A DNA stretch of 40,728 nt from a virus (Duplodnaviria; Caudoviricetes), in the IMG/VR virus record IMGVR_UViG_3300034100_000027, positions 1 through 40,728 of that record. One strand, given 5' to 3'. Every line of letters begins with the position of its first letter. Within the stretch, counting starts at the first letter, position 1. Shown piece after piece: positions 8,611 to 17,799 of the stretch. Under the pieces are notes generated by a model. That model saw only the letters and a list, made by a program, of their open reading frames with translations. It searched no databases and had not been told where the DNA came from. The translations under genes and the position numbers were made by a program.

Positions 8611-9213
8611 ATGACCACCCGCATCCTCTGCACCCCGCAGGCCTGGCCCCTGCCGCCCGAGGGCGAGCTGCTCACCTGCCTGGACGGCCGCTACACCAGC
8701 GTCGTCTACAACTGGCACCCGTGCCAGGGCCTCACGCCCGGCGCGCTGCACGTCACGCACCTGCACCCGATTGACCTGGAGTACTTCGGCCACCTGGCCG
8801 ACGCCGCCGTGCGCGGCTGGCGTGGCGAGCCCGGCTGGAGCGAGACCGCGCCAACCCCGGCGCACACCCCCACCATGCGCGCGCCCACGGTGCGCCCGCT
8901 GCCGCGGCCCGCGTTGCGCAGCGTGGGGCATGCAGACAGCGGCCTGCTGATCTGGATCGGCGCCATCATGGTGTGCCTGCTCGTCGGCGCCGCCGGCCTG
9001 CTCGATGGCGCGCCAGACGGCGCAGACGACGCGCAGCACGCCCGCGCACTTGAGTCTGCGCAGTGGATCGAGCAGCGCCAGGCCGCGCACGCCAGCGCCA
9101 TGCAAGAGCGCTGCGGCCCCAATGCGGCGTGGGTGCAAGCGTCTCACGGTCGCACCTGGTGCGCAGACAAGCGCGGCCGCGTGCCCCGCCCGGCGCTGGA
9201 GGCTGCCCCATGA
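8611..9213 (+). CDS. Hypothetical protein (1 TM)
   Basis: 200 aa; first of a chain of ATGA-coupled early genes. Confidence 0.6.
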   Translation: MTTRILCTPQAWPLPPEGELLTCLDGRYTSVVYNWHPCQGLTPGALHVTHLHPIDLEYFGHLADAAVRGWRGEPGWSETAPTPAHTPTMRAPTVRPLPRPALRSVGHADSGLLIWIGAIMVCLLVGAAGLLDGAPDGADDAQHARALESAQWIEQRQAAHASAMQERCGPNAAWVQASHGRTWCADKRGRVPRPALEAAP

Positions 9214-9560
9214 TCGCCCGCCACCTGCGCACCTGCCAAGAGATGGGTGTCTGCCTCGCCCGCACGCCGCCCTGCCAGGGCGACTGCCAGCAGCAGCACA
9301 CCGCGCGCGAGACGCTGCCGCGCATTAGCCTTGACGCAGACGACATCCCCACCCAATGGCCAGACGCCAGCGCCGACACCGGGCTGGAGCCGCCGCTCAG
9401 CCCGCTCGCCTTCGGGCGCCTGTGCGTGCAAATCGCCATCGGCGCTGCCTTCGCCGCCGCCGCCCTCATCATCGGCGCAGCGGCCATCCTGCCCGAGGGC
9501 AGCGCCACCGCGCGCGCCCTGGACGCACTCTACACCGCGCTCATGGGCGCCTGGTACTGA
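9210..9560 (+). CDS. Hypothetical membrane protein
   Basis: ATGA overlap, GGAGG RBS; Cys-rich N-terminus and C-terminal TM. Confidence 0.6.
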   Translation: MIARHLRTCQEMGVCLARTPPCQGDCQQQHTARETLPRISLDADDIPTQWPDASADTGLEPPLSPLAFGRLCVQIAIGAAFAAAALIIGAAAILPEGSATARALDALYTALMGAWY

Positions 9561-9562
9561 TC

Positions 9563-9826
9563 ATGTCCACCCGATCAGACCTCAACCGCTACTGGCTCTG
9601 CCTCCTCAAGGCAGGCGGCTGGTGGACGCTTGACGAGCTCGCGACGCACCTGCGCATCAAGCCCGGCAGCCAAGAGCGCCGAGACTTATCGGACTGGGCG
9701 CGCAAAGACATCCTCGCGGGCAACCTCTGCGAGCGAACCAACGGCGCGACTGGCGACAAAGAGCTGGCAGTGTTACCAGCCTGCCGCATCCCGCGCGGCA
9801 TCACCATCGGCGAGGTGGTGCTGTGA
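9563..9826 (+). CDS. Hypothetical protein, possible winged HTH
   Basis: GGWWTLDELATHL; tightly coupled to its neighbours. Confidence 0.6.
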   Translation: MSTRSDLNRYWLCLLKAGGWWTLDELATHLRIKPGSQERRDLSDWARKDILAGNLCERTNGATGDKELAVLPACRIPRGITIGEVVL

Positions 9827-10455
9827 TCACCGCCAATACTGGCGCAAAAGACCGCCCCATCCTCTTCAGCGCCCCAATGGTGCGCGCCCTGCTGGATGGC
9901 AGCAAGACGCAGACGCGGCGCGTTGCCAAGCTGACCGACGCCGCGCACGTTAAGGAGCCACGCGGCCACCGCCGCTGGCACCCGGCAGACCCCGACGCAA
10001 CGAAGGCCAGCCCATACGGTCAACCCGGAGACAAGCTATGGGTGCGTGAGACTTGGGCGCACGGAGTCCATGCGCTTGCCGCAAAGCGCGACGAGGATGG
10101 CCCATTTGTGTATGCGGCGACGGACAGCGTGCAGCACCGACTTGGAAACAAGTGGACGCCAGGAATCCATATGTTTCGGTATGCCAGTCGCATCACCCTG
10201 AAGATCACGGGCGTGCGCGTGGAGCGGCTGCAGGACATCAGCGAAGTGGATGCACTGGCCGAGGGCGTCTATGACGGCACCGCCTGCAAATGTGCCGAGC
10301 CGCTGGATTTCGTGCGTTCTTGCGGCAACTGCGGCGGACGTTTGATTGATTCAATCGGTCTGTACCGCGCCCTGTGGGAGCATCTCAACGGCCCCGGCTC
10401 ATGGGATGCAAACCCGTGGGTATGGGTGATCGAATTCCACCGAATGACAGCATGA
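9823..10455 (+). CDS. ASCH/PUA-like phage protein
   Basis: RPILFSAPMVRALLDGSKTQTRR, PYGQPGDKLWVRETW, VERLQDISE, WDANPWVWVIEF. Confidence 0.85.
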   Translation: MITANTGAKDRPILFSAPMVRALLDGSKTQTRRVAKLTDAAHVKEPRGHRRWHPADPDATKASPYGQPGDKLWVRETWAHGVHALAAKRDEDGPFVYAATDSVQHRLGNKWTPGIHMFRYASRITLKITGVRVERLQDISEVDALAEGVYDGTACKCAEPLDFVRSCGNCGGRLIDSIGLYRALWEHLNGPGSWDANPWVWVIEFHRMTA

Positions 10456-10802
10456 GCGCCACCACCCCCGTCACGTCCGCGCCGCAAGACACCATGCGCA
10501 TCATCTGCATCCTCAACCGCCCGGCCTACTCCTGCGCCAGCACAGGAGGCCAGCGCGGCATGGAGATGACATTTGCCAAAGACGCTCGCGGCCTCTTCCC
10601 CGAGGGGCTTCGCGTGCGCTGGATAGGCGAGGCCGGCGCCCGCTTTCTCGACGCCAACATCGACCAACTGCGCCCTGGCCGCGGCGTGCAGCTCGCCATC
10701 TACCACTTGCGCGCCCGCGACGGCGAGCTGCGCGCCCACGTGGCCAACGCCCAGTTAGCCCCACTGCCGCCGAGCTGGCGCAAGCACCAGCAAGACTTTT
10801 AG
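10452..10802 (+). CDS. Hypothetical protein
   Basis: 116 aa; ATGA-coupled. Confidence 0.65.
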   Translation: MSATTPVTSAPQDTMRIICILNRPAYSCASTGGQRGMEMTFAKDARGLFPEGLRVRWIGEAGARFLDANIDQLRPGRGVQLAIYHLRARDGELRAHVANAQLAPLPPSWRKHQQDF

Positions 10803-10813
10803 GAGAAGTAAAG

Positions 10814-11146
10814 ATGAACAACCTTACAGAGTTTCAGCAACGCGCCGCCGCGTTGACCGTGGTGAAGATGTTGCAAGGGAAACACTTCGACATTTGCACT
10901 CTCGACGCCCTGGCTAAAACGCTGGGCCGCACAGCATCGCTGGCTGGCGTGGACTATGCAGCGCTGCGCGGGCTGCACTGCGTCGACTATGCCGACATGG
11001 GGCCTGACCTGGCGCGACTGACGCGCGAGAAAGCGCTGGAACTTCTGGGCCTTCCGCCTCAGACGCTGGATGATGTTGCTCCCGAAAATCACAAAGAGCG
11101 TCCAAGTGAACCCGTGAAGCGGCTACGGCTGGCGTTCTGGAAATGA
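10814..11146 (+). CDS. Hypothetical protein
   Basis: AGGAG RBS; 110 aa. Confidence 0.7.
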   Translation: MNNLTEFQQRAAALTVVKMLQGKHFDICTLDALAKTLGRTASLAGVDYAALRGLHCVDYADMGPDLARLTREKALELLGLPPQTLDDVAPENHKERPSEPVKRLRLAFWK

Positions 11147-11193
11147 TGCAGAACACACCAGCACAAAAAAACAATCAACCACGAACACCAAGC

Positions 11194-11385
11194 ATGAGCA
11201 ACCACATCAACAACATCGAGCGCGCAGAACGAATCAAACAAGAAGCCCGCGAAGCCGCCAAGCGCTACCCCGACATCTATGATGCTTGCCCATACCCGTT
11301 TGGGAGCGAAGACGGACGTATTTTCGTGGCCGAGTTCCTGTCTTGTCTCTCCGTGATGGATGCCACACAGGAGCAGAAGTCATGA
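11194..11385 (+). CDS. Hypothetical protein
   Basis: 63 aa with ACPYPFGS motif; coupled to the next gene; start uncertain (11143 possible). Confidence 0.6.
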   Translation: MSNHINNIERAERIKQEAREAAKRYPDIYDACPYPFGSEDGRIFVAEFLSCLSVMDATQEQKS

Positions 11386-12011
11386 GCCAATGGAGCCTCA
11401 CCGTCGGCGGCGCCGAGTATGAACTCACCGGCGCCCACGCCCTCATGCCCAGCAACGCGCCGCGCATCGAAGACATCGCCCACGCACTGGCGCAGACCAA
11501 CCGCTTCAACGGCCACGCCAAGCGCCCCTATAGCGTCGCCGAGCACTCCCTCCTGGTGGCCGACATCGCCGCTGGCAGGGGCGCCACCGCAGTCGTGCAA
11601 CTGGCCTGCCTCATGCACGACGCGCATGAGGCCTACACCGGTGACCAGACCAGCCCCATCAAATGGGCGCTCGGTGCGCCCTGGGCCGCCTTTGAGGCCC
11701 CGCACATCGCCAACCTGCGCCACACCTTCGGCCTCAAAACCGTCTTCTCAGGGGCACGCTACGAGATCAAACAATGCGACCTCATCGCCCTGGCCACCGA
11801 GCGCCGAGACCTTACCTCCTATGACCCCGCGATCCATCGCCCCTGGCAGATCATCGACGGCCCGCCCGCCGTGCAGCCATGCGGCGTCCAGCTTGACGCA
11901 CATTGGCGCAACGTCATGTCGTGGGATGAGTGGCGCGACCGCTTTTTGGAGCGCTTTGCCGATCTGCGCGAAGCGCTCGACAACACCTCACAGAAAGGAC
12001 AACGAGCATGA
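11382..12011 (+). CDS. HD-domain phosphohydrolase (YfbR/YfdR-like 5'-deoxynucleotidase)
   Basis: IEDIAHALAQTNRFNGH, YSVAEHS, LMHDAHEAYTGD, DLIALATERRDL. Confidence 0.9.
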   Translation: MSQWSLTVGGAEYELTGAHALMPSNAPRIEDIAHALAQTNRFNGHAKRPYSVAEHSLLVADIAAGRGATAVVQLACLMHDAHEAYTGDQTSPIKWALGAPWAAFEAPHIANLRHTFGLKTVFSGARYEIKQCDLIALATERRDLTSYDPAIHRPWQIIDGPPAVQPCGVQLDAHWRNVMSWDEWRDRFLERFADLREALDNTSQKGQRA

Positions 12012-12616
12012 CCCCCCGCGAAACCCTGGCGCTCTTCTGTGCCCATCCGCTGCACAGGAGAGACTACCTGCACAACCCCTGGCGCGCGCCCGGCCACGGC
12101 ATGGTGGCCACCAATGGGCATGTCATGGTCGTACTGCCCGATGACGGCGGCGAACTGGCGCCCGAGCCCAACAAAGAGCACCTGATTGGCGTCGTCGGCA
12201 GGTTCTTGGCTCAATGGCCCGGCGGCCCGGTGTGGTACAGGCTTGCTGATGTGCAGCTTCCGCCAAGCCAGGCCTGCCCAGACTGCAACGGCAGCGGCAT
12301 CTACCACTACATCACCTGTCCCGCCTGTCGTGGCGACGGAAGGTCGAACGATGATAGCTACTGCACATCGTGCAATGGCGAAGGTGCCATCCCCGTCGAC
12401 AGCGGACATCCTGAAGCCCAACCGATGGAGTGCGTCAGTTGCAGCGGCAGTGGTGTTGAATTTCAAAGAGTCAAGGTCGGCACCGGTTGCTATTCACTGA
12501 ACTACCTGCAAATCCTGGCCAGCCTGCCCAATTGAGAGGTGTCTCCCCACGAGACAGAGGGCGCCGCCTTCCGCTTCAGCGGCGGGCACGGCTGGCTGAT
12601 GCCTGTGAGGATGTGA
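12008..12616 (+). pseudogene. CxxCxGxG zinc-finger protein with an in-frame TGA at 12533-12535
   Basis: Four CxxCxGxG motifs and VATNGH; the frame continues 26 sense codons past the TGA to a plausible C-terminus (AAFRFSGGHGWLMPVRM). Confidence 0.55.
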
Positions 12617-12654
12617 GCGTAGACCAAACAGCAACACACACAAGGACCAACCCC

Positions 12655-14736
12655 ATGACCAACCAATTCGCCCAAATCGCCCTGACCCTGATCGCCCCCA
12701 GCCTCAGCAACCCGCGCAAAACCTTCAACCAGGCCAAGCTGGCCGAGCTGGCCGAGAGCATCAAGGCCAGCGGCGTGCACCAGCCCGTGCTGGTGCGCAT
12801 GCTGCCCGGCAGCCGCGCGCCTGACACCGACCGCCAAGTCATCTACGAGCTGGTCTGCGGCGAGCGCCGCCTGCGTGCCAGCCTGATGGCCGGCGTGGAC
12901 ACCATCCCCACCATGATCCGCGACCTCAGCGACGCCCAGGTGCTGGAGATCCAGATCGTCGAGAACCTGCAACGCGACGACCTCAGCCCGCTCGAAGAGG
13001 CCGAGGGCTACGAGCAGCTCATGCGGCACAGCAACCTGAGCGCCGAGCAGGTGGCCCAGAAGATCGGCAAGAGCCGCACCTACGTCTTCAACCGCCTCAA
13101 GCTGCTGGACCTTGGCACCGACGGCCGCGCCGCCCTGCGCGACGGCAAGATCGAAGCCAGCGTCGCCATGCTCGTCGCGCGCATCCCAGACGGCAAGCAG
13201 CAGGCCAAGTTCCTCAAAGACGTGCTGCGCGGCGACGGCTACTACGGCGAGCTCGACCCCCTCAGCTACCGCGCCGCCCAGCAACTCGCCCAAGACAGCT
13301 ACATGCTCAAGCTGTCCGACGCCCGCTTCAAGTCCACCGCAGCAGACCTGCTGCCCGGCGTCGGAAGCTGTAAAGACTGCGCCAAGCGCACCGGCGCCAA
13401 CCCCGACCTCTTCGCCGACGTCAAGAGTGCCGACGTCTGCACAGATCCATCTTGCTACCACAAAAAGGAAGAGGCCGCCACCGAGCTGTTGGTGAAAGAG
13501 GCCGAGGCCAAGGGCCAGACCGTCATCGCCGGCGACGAAGCCCGCGAGCTGATCACCAACCACTACACCGGCGCGTACAAGGGATACAAACGCCTCGACA
13601 ACAAGGAAGACAGCCCCACGGACGAGCCCCTGCGCAAGATCATCGGCAAGCTCATGGAAGAGCGGGGCATCAAGCCCACCATGCTGGAGAACCCCAAGAA
13701 GAAGGGCCAACTGGAGGCCTGCCTACCCAATGACGTGGCCAACAGCCTGCTCAAGACCGTGCAGGAGCAGGCCAAGGCCAACCAGAAATCCGCGCCCAAG
13801 GAAATCAAGGACCTGCTCGACGAGAAGGCCAGCCAGGACAAGGCCCGCCTGGACGCCAAGTTCGAGCGCGAGGTGCGCGCGCAAATCATCGCCGAGACCT
13901 GGGCCGAGATTCTGGCCACCGACCACATGGACGACGCCGAACGCATCGGCACGAGCTACTTCAACCTGGACGTCCACCGCATGCTTGCCAGCCAGGCGGC
14001 CTGGAGCCTCGACGCCGACGGCGCAGCCGCCGCCAGCAAGCTGCTGGCCACCGGCAGCGTAGGCGCCCAGCACGGCCTCAAGGAGCTGGCCAAGACCCAC
14101 CCGCGCCCTGACCAGTTGCACCTGCTCTTCCTGCTGCACGCCCGCAGCGGCGAGGGCTTCGGCCTGGTCACCAAGGCCGTATGGGGCGACAAGCTCAAAG
14201 CCGCCACCACGCGCATCGAGGCCGAAGTCAAGGCCCGCATCTACCCCAAGTCAACCGCCAAAAAAGCACCCACCACCCCCGCCCCTGCTGCGCAAGCGCG
14301 CGGGGCGCGGGGGAAGACGAGCGCGGCGACGATCTCGGCCGCCGAAGCAAAGCAAGGCATCGCTACCGCGATGCAGGGCCTTGAAGGGCCGGCTTCTGCG
14401 CCCAAGGGCGCAGTGGCGCCGACCACCGGGCCAGCAGGTGGCAAGCAGGCGGCCGCCTGGCCCTTCCAGCCCACCGCCAAACGCGACCGCGGCACCCCTG
14501 CCGCCCAGCGCCAGGCCACAGCAGCAGACGCCGCCCAGGCCGATCCCATTGATCCCCTCTACACCAAAGCCCTCCAGACCATCACCAAGGCCCAAAAGGC
14601 CAGCGTGCGCCTCCTGAAGGAAAAGTTGAGCATCGGCACCGACAGGGCCATGGACCTCATGGAGCAGCTCGAAGCCGCAGGCAAGGTCAGCGCTGCCGAA
14701 GAGCGCGGGGCCAGAAAGGTGTTGGTGGCAGCATGA
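12655..14736 (+). CDS. ParB/RepB/Spo0J-family protein with C-terminal FtsK-gamma-like domain
   Basis: [30 protein letters not shown]; C-terminal [42 protein letters not shown]; AAGGA RBS. Confidence 0.85.
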   Translation: MTNQFAQIALTLIAPSLSNPRKTFNQAKLAELAESIKASGVHQPVLVRMLPGSRAPDTDRQVIYELVCGERRLRASLMAGVDTIPTMIRDLSDAQVLEIQIVENLQRDDLSPLEEAEGYEQLMRHSNLSAEQVAQKIGKSRTYVFNRLKLLDLGTDGRAALRDGKIEASVAMLVARIPDGKQQAKFLKDVLRGDGYYGELDPLSYRAAQQLAQDSYMLKLSDARFKSTAADLLPGVGSCKDCAKRTGANPDLFADVKSADVCTDPSCYHKKEEAATELLVKEAEAKGQTVIAGDEARELITNHYTGAYKGYKRLDNKEDSPTDEPLRKIIGKLMEERGIKPTMLENPKKKGQLEACLPNDVANSLLKTVQEQAKANQKSAPKEIKDLLDEKASQDKARLDAKFEREVRAQIIAETWAEILATDHMDDAERIGTSYFNLDVHRMLASQAAWSLDADGAAAASKLLATGSVGAQHGLKELAKTHPRPDQLHLLFLLHARSGEGFGLVTKAVWGDKLKAATTRIEAEVKARIYPKSTAKKAPTTPAPAAQARGARGKTSAATISAAEAKQGIATAMQGLEGPASAPKGAVAPTTGPAGGKQAAAWPFQPTAKRDRGTPAAQRQATAADAAQADPIDPLYTKALQTITKAQKASVRLLKEKLSIGTDRAMDLMEQLEAAGKVSAAEERGARKVLVAA

Positions 14737-15281
14737 CCAAAAACAAAAAGCCCCGCAAGCCCTACCGCCCTCGCCGGATCGCCTGCAACACGCTGGACAT
14801 CGCCCTGCACCACGCCGCCAAGCCCACCCCCGAAGACCTGCAAGACGTGCTGCAACCCATCGCCCAATGCATCAAGGCCCTGCGCGAGGGCGTAGCCACC
14901 GAAGGCCAATGGGCCATCGCCGCCGGCGCCGTGCAAATGGCCATGGCCATCGAGCGCCAGGGCATCGTGCGCGGCCTGGCAGAGGATCTGGCCGACGCAG
15001 AGCGCGCCCTGCAAAGCATCTACCGCCGCGCCACGGCCACCGGCGAATGGAAGAGCACCGCCCTCTACCACCAGGAAATCAATGATCTGCACACCTTCCT
15101 GAATCTCCACACCTTCCAGCTCCGCCAACTCGGCCGCCGCGAATTCCTGCGCGCCGTCGACGGCGCCGAGCGCCAGGTGCGCCGGGACGGCCACGTGCCG
15201 AGCAGAAGTAAATTATTGGCTAACGCCGAGGTAAATGGCGGGCGGCTTGCCGCCCGTCCAAGCGCCGAAGGCGCGGTTTGA
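14733..15281 (+). CDS. Hypothetical phage protein; C-terminus runs into attC
   Basis: ATGA-coupled; KKPRKPYRPR N-terminus. Confidence 0.75.
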   Translation: MTKNKKPRKPYRPRRIACNTLDIALHHAAKPTPEDLQDVLQPIAQCIKALREGVATEGQWAIAAGAVQMAMAIERQGIVRGLAEDLADAERALQSIYRRATATGEWKSTALYHQEINDLHTFLNLHTFQLRQLGRREFLRAVDGAERQVRRDGHVPSRSKLLANAEVNGGRLAARPSAEGAV

Positions 15282-15295
15282 CCGCGATGTTATGT
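15218..15295 (-). mobile_element. attC-like site A1 (78 bp)
   Basis: Minus strand: ACATAAC-atcgc-GGTCAAAC..hairpins..ATTTACC-tcggc-GTTAGCC; the L'' box has one extra C. Confidence 0.8.
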
Positions 15296-15308
15296 GTGGG
15301 AGATTGAA

Positions 15309-15587
15309 ATGCTGAAATACGTTGTTTGCCCCGGAATCGTGACCAGCAAGACAGACGGGCAGCGGCATTACGTCGGCCCTATGCAGCTAATGAAACTGTA
15401 CGGGGTTGATCCGCGAGAGTGCGAGATTTACGAGCCTGCTCCATGGTGGCCGAGCGCAATTTATAAGCAAGAGCAGGAACGGCACGCCGCATTGAGACTG
15501 GTTCGACTTGAGCCTCGCTATGACGGCAACTACACCATACCGACACATAACGCCAAATTAAGCGGGCGCGAAGCGATCCGCTCTTGA
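15309..15587 (+). CDS. Cassette-borne hypothetical protein
   Basis: GGAGATTGAAATG start; lower GC; lies between two attC sites. Confidence 0.75.
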   Translation: MLKYVVCPGIVTSKTDGQRHYVGPMQLMKLYGVDPRECEIYEPAPWWPSAIYKQEQERHAALRLVRLEPRYDGNYTIPTHNAKLSGREAIRS

Positions 15588-15601
15588 ATGACAAGTTATG
15601 C
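15545..15601 (-). mobile_element. attC-like site A2 (57 bp)
   Basis: Minus strand: GCATAAC-ttgtc-ATTCAAGA-GCGG..CCGC-TTAAT-ttggc-GTTATGT. Confidence 0.8.
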
Positions 15602-15626
15602 CGGGAACGGCGAAAGGAGAACTGAA

Positions 15627-15836
15627 ATGCTGATGAATCCACCCGTACTGCAAGCCGATTATGTGCCCGCCGTACCTGCCAATGATCTGGTGCTGGCGCT
15701 TCAACTGATACAGCACGCTACTGCACCGACCCCGGACGACGGCGGGCACCACGAGGCTGCGCATGACATTGCCAGCGAAGTGCTATTGCGTGTTGATGCG
15801 CGCAGGAAGTACGAGGCACGGCATAACAAGATATAG
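15627..15836 (+). CDS. Cassette-borne hypothetical protein
   Basis: AAGGAGAACTGAAATG start; 69 aa. Confidence 0.7.
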   Translation: MLMNPPVLQADYVPAVPANDLVLALQLIQHATAPTPDDGGHHEAAHDIASEVLLRVDARRKYEARHNKI

Positions 15837-15839
15837 GCA
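15821..15839 (-). mobile_element. attI-like simple site heading array A
   Basis: Minus strand TGCCTAT-ATCTT-GTTATGC; the R box is complementary to R'' of attC A2. Confidence 0.5.
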
Positions 15840-15872
15840 TCTCGTTAACGCTCTTTGCCCACGAATTAAGCA

Positions 15873-16169
15873 ATGTCCTACGCAAAAAAACGCTACCGCC
15901 TAGACCAGCTCGACGCCATGCGTGAGGCGCGGGCGGCGCGGCGGCTTGCGCGTGAGGTTGACTATCCAGCCCCGCGCCAACCTGGCCTCTTGGTGCTTGA
16001 CATCAATGGCCAGCGCATCGAGCTTGACCTCCATCCAGACGCGCGCGACTGTCGGCGCTGGCGCGCTTACCGCGACGGCCAGCCCTACACATGCGGCGGC
16101 CTCGAGCGCATTTGGCGCAAAGTGAAAGCCGACATGGCCCCGCTGATCGGGGCCAGGAATCTACTATGA
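15873..16169 (+). CDS. Hypothetical protein
   Basis: 98 aa ORF on the operon strand. Confidence 0.65.
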   Translation: MSYAKKRYRLDQLDAMREARAARRLAREVDYPAPRQPGLLVLDINGQRIELDLHPDARDCRRWRAYRDGQPYTCGGLERIWRKVKADMAPLIGARNLL

Positions 16170-16209
16170 ACGAACTCACCCGCCAGCACGCCGGCCACAG
16201 GAGCATGAT

Positions 16210-16491
16210 ATGAACACCGCTTTTTTGCTCATGGCTCAATACGACGCGGCCGCCATCATCCCAGTCGATAAGGTGGTCAAGGATTACTTTCCCCACCTCA
16301 GCACGGAAAAGTTCCTGCGCAAAGTTGCGATCGGCGACATCGACATTCCGCTCACCCGCATCGAAAGTGGATCGCAGAAAGCGGCCAGGGGCGTGCACTT
16401 GACAGACCTGGCCACCTACATCGATGCGCGACGTGCGGCAGCAGTAAAAGAGGCCCGCCAGATATCTGGCCTCTCCGCCAGTGCTACATGA
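16210..16491 (+). CDS. Pyocin activator PrtN-family protein (likely recombination directionality factor)
   Basis: MNTAFLLMAQY..SQKAARGVHLTDLATYID signature; adjacent to attP and int. Confidence 0.85.
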   Translation: MNTAFLLMAQYDAAAIIPVDKVVKDYFPHLSTEKFLRKVAIGDIDIPLTRIESGSQKAARGVHLTDLATYIDARRAAAVKEARQISGLSASAT

Positions 16492-16727
16492 GTGCTACAT
16501 GCACCTGGGCCAGATCGGTTAGCATGTTGATCTGCTTGGGTTTTCTCTTTTTAATCCGTCCAATCCAGCATCGGCGCGACACTTAACCGCGATCCCCTCT
16601 GACGATCGTTTTCCCCTCTGTCGTCACCATGCTGTCGGGCTGTCTGATTCACTCTTATTTGCCGCAGTTCTAGGCTTTTCCGTTCTGTCGGTGCTACATT
16701 TGGTGCTACAAAAACTCCATGTAGCAC
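16481..16727. mobile_element. attP with dusA-like core and integrase arm sites
   Basis: Minus strand 16589-16554 encodes RLSVAPMLDWTD (DusA N-terminal motif) followed by a stop; GTGCTACA repeats at 16481, 16492, 16691, 16703 and inverted at 16720-16727. Confidence 0.85.
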
Positions 16728-16731
16728 TGCA

Positions 16732-17799
16732 ATGGGAACGATTATCTCACGCAAGCGAAAAGACGGCACCATCGGGCACACCGCGCAGATCCGGCTCAAG
16801 GACGGCGGCAAGACCATTTTCACCGAATCGCAGACCTTTGATCGTAAGCCCGCAGCACAGGCCTGGCTGAAGAAGCGCGAGACCGAGCTGGCGGTGCCAG
16901 GTGCGCTGATCAAGCCCAGCGACCCCACCCTGGCCGCCGTAATCGACAAGTACAACGCGGACAAGCTGCGCCCGCATGGCAAGACCAAAGACCAGGTGCT
17001 GCGCACCATCAAGGCATCTGCCCTGGGCGAGCTGCGCTGCTCAGAGATCAAGAGCCACACGCTGGTGGAGTACATCCAGTCCATGACGTCACAGCCGCAG
17101 ACCCGCGGCAACTACCTGTCGCACTTGGCAGCCGTCTTCAGCGTGGCCAGGCCGGCATGGGGTTACCCGCTGGACAAAGGGGCGATCGACGACGCGCGGG
17201 TGGTGGCCGACAAGCTGGGGCTGATCAGCCGATCCAGACAGCGCACCAGGCGCCCCACGCTGCAAGAGCTGGACAAGCTGCTGACCTACTACGCTGCCTA
17301 CGAAAAGAAACGCAGCAACGCCATTCCCATGACGCGGCTGATCCTTTTCAGCATCTTTTCCACCCGCCGCCAAGAAGAGACCTGCCGCATGGTGGCTGAG
17401 GACCTGAACGCCGACCAGGCCGAGATCATCGTGCGCGACATGAAGAACCCCGGCGAGAAGATCGGCAACGACGTCACGACCCTGCTGACGCCCGAGGCCC
17501 TGCAGCTCATCCAGCAGCGCCACGTGGCCAATGGCCGCATCTGGCCATACAACGCCGAGTCGGTCAGCGCATCGTTCACCCGTGCCTGCGTGCTGCTGGG
17601 CATCGAGGATCTGCATTTCCACGACCTGCGGCATGAGGGCATCAGCCGCCTGTTCGAGCTGGGCTGGAACATCCCGCGCGTGGCCTGTGTCTCTGGCCAC
17701 CGCTCCTGGAAAAGCCTGCAACGCTACACCCACCTCAAACAGACGGGCGACAAGTACAAGGATTGGGAGTGGAAGAGCAAGCTGCTTGCGGGGGATTAG
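16732..17799 (+). CDS. int: Tyrosine integrase (dusA-associated type)
   Basis: Catalytic R (TRRQEE), K, HDLRH, SGH and RY motifs; adjacent dusA-like att core. Confidence 0.92.
   Translation: MGTIISRKRKDGTIGHTAQIRLKDGGKTIFTESQTFDRKPAAQAWLKKRETELAVPGALIKPSDPTLAAVIDKYNADKLRPHGKTKDQVLRTIKASALGELRCSEIKSHTLVEYIQSMTSQPQTRGNYLSHLAAVFSVARPAWGYPLDKGAIDDARVVADKLGLISRSRQRTRRPTLQELDKLLTYYAAYEKKRSNAIPMTRLILFSIFSTRRQEETCRMVAEDLNADQAEIIVRDMKNPGEKIGNDVTTLLTPEALQLIQQRHVANGRIWPYNAESVSASFTRACVLLGIEDLHFHDLRHEGISRLFELGWNIPRVACVSGHRSWKSLQRYTHLKQTGDKYKDWEWKSKLLAGD

Noticed and set aside
15218-15601. attC hairpins as rho-independent terminators or REP elements
   Set aside because: No U-tracts, and the R''/R' complementarity across units is not explained by terminators
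16551-17111. 186-aa minus-strand ORF as a dusA gene
   Set aside because: Mostly an antisense shadow of int; only the last codons match DusA (att core)
16732-17799. Integrase as the IntI of the cassette arrays
   Set aside because: It has its own arm sites and dusA core, and I see no IntI-specific insertion before the HxxR motif; action on attC is unlikely, though untested
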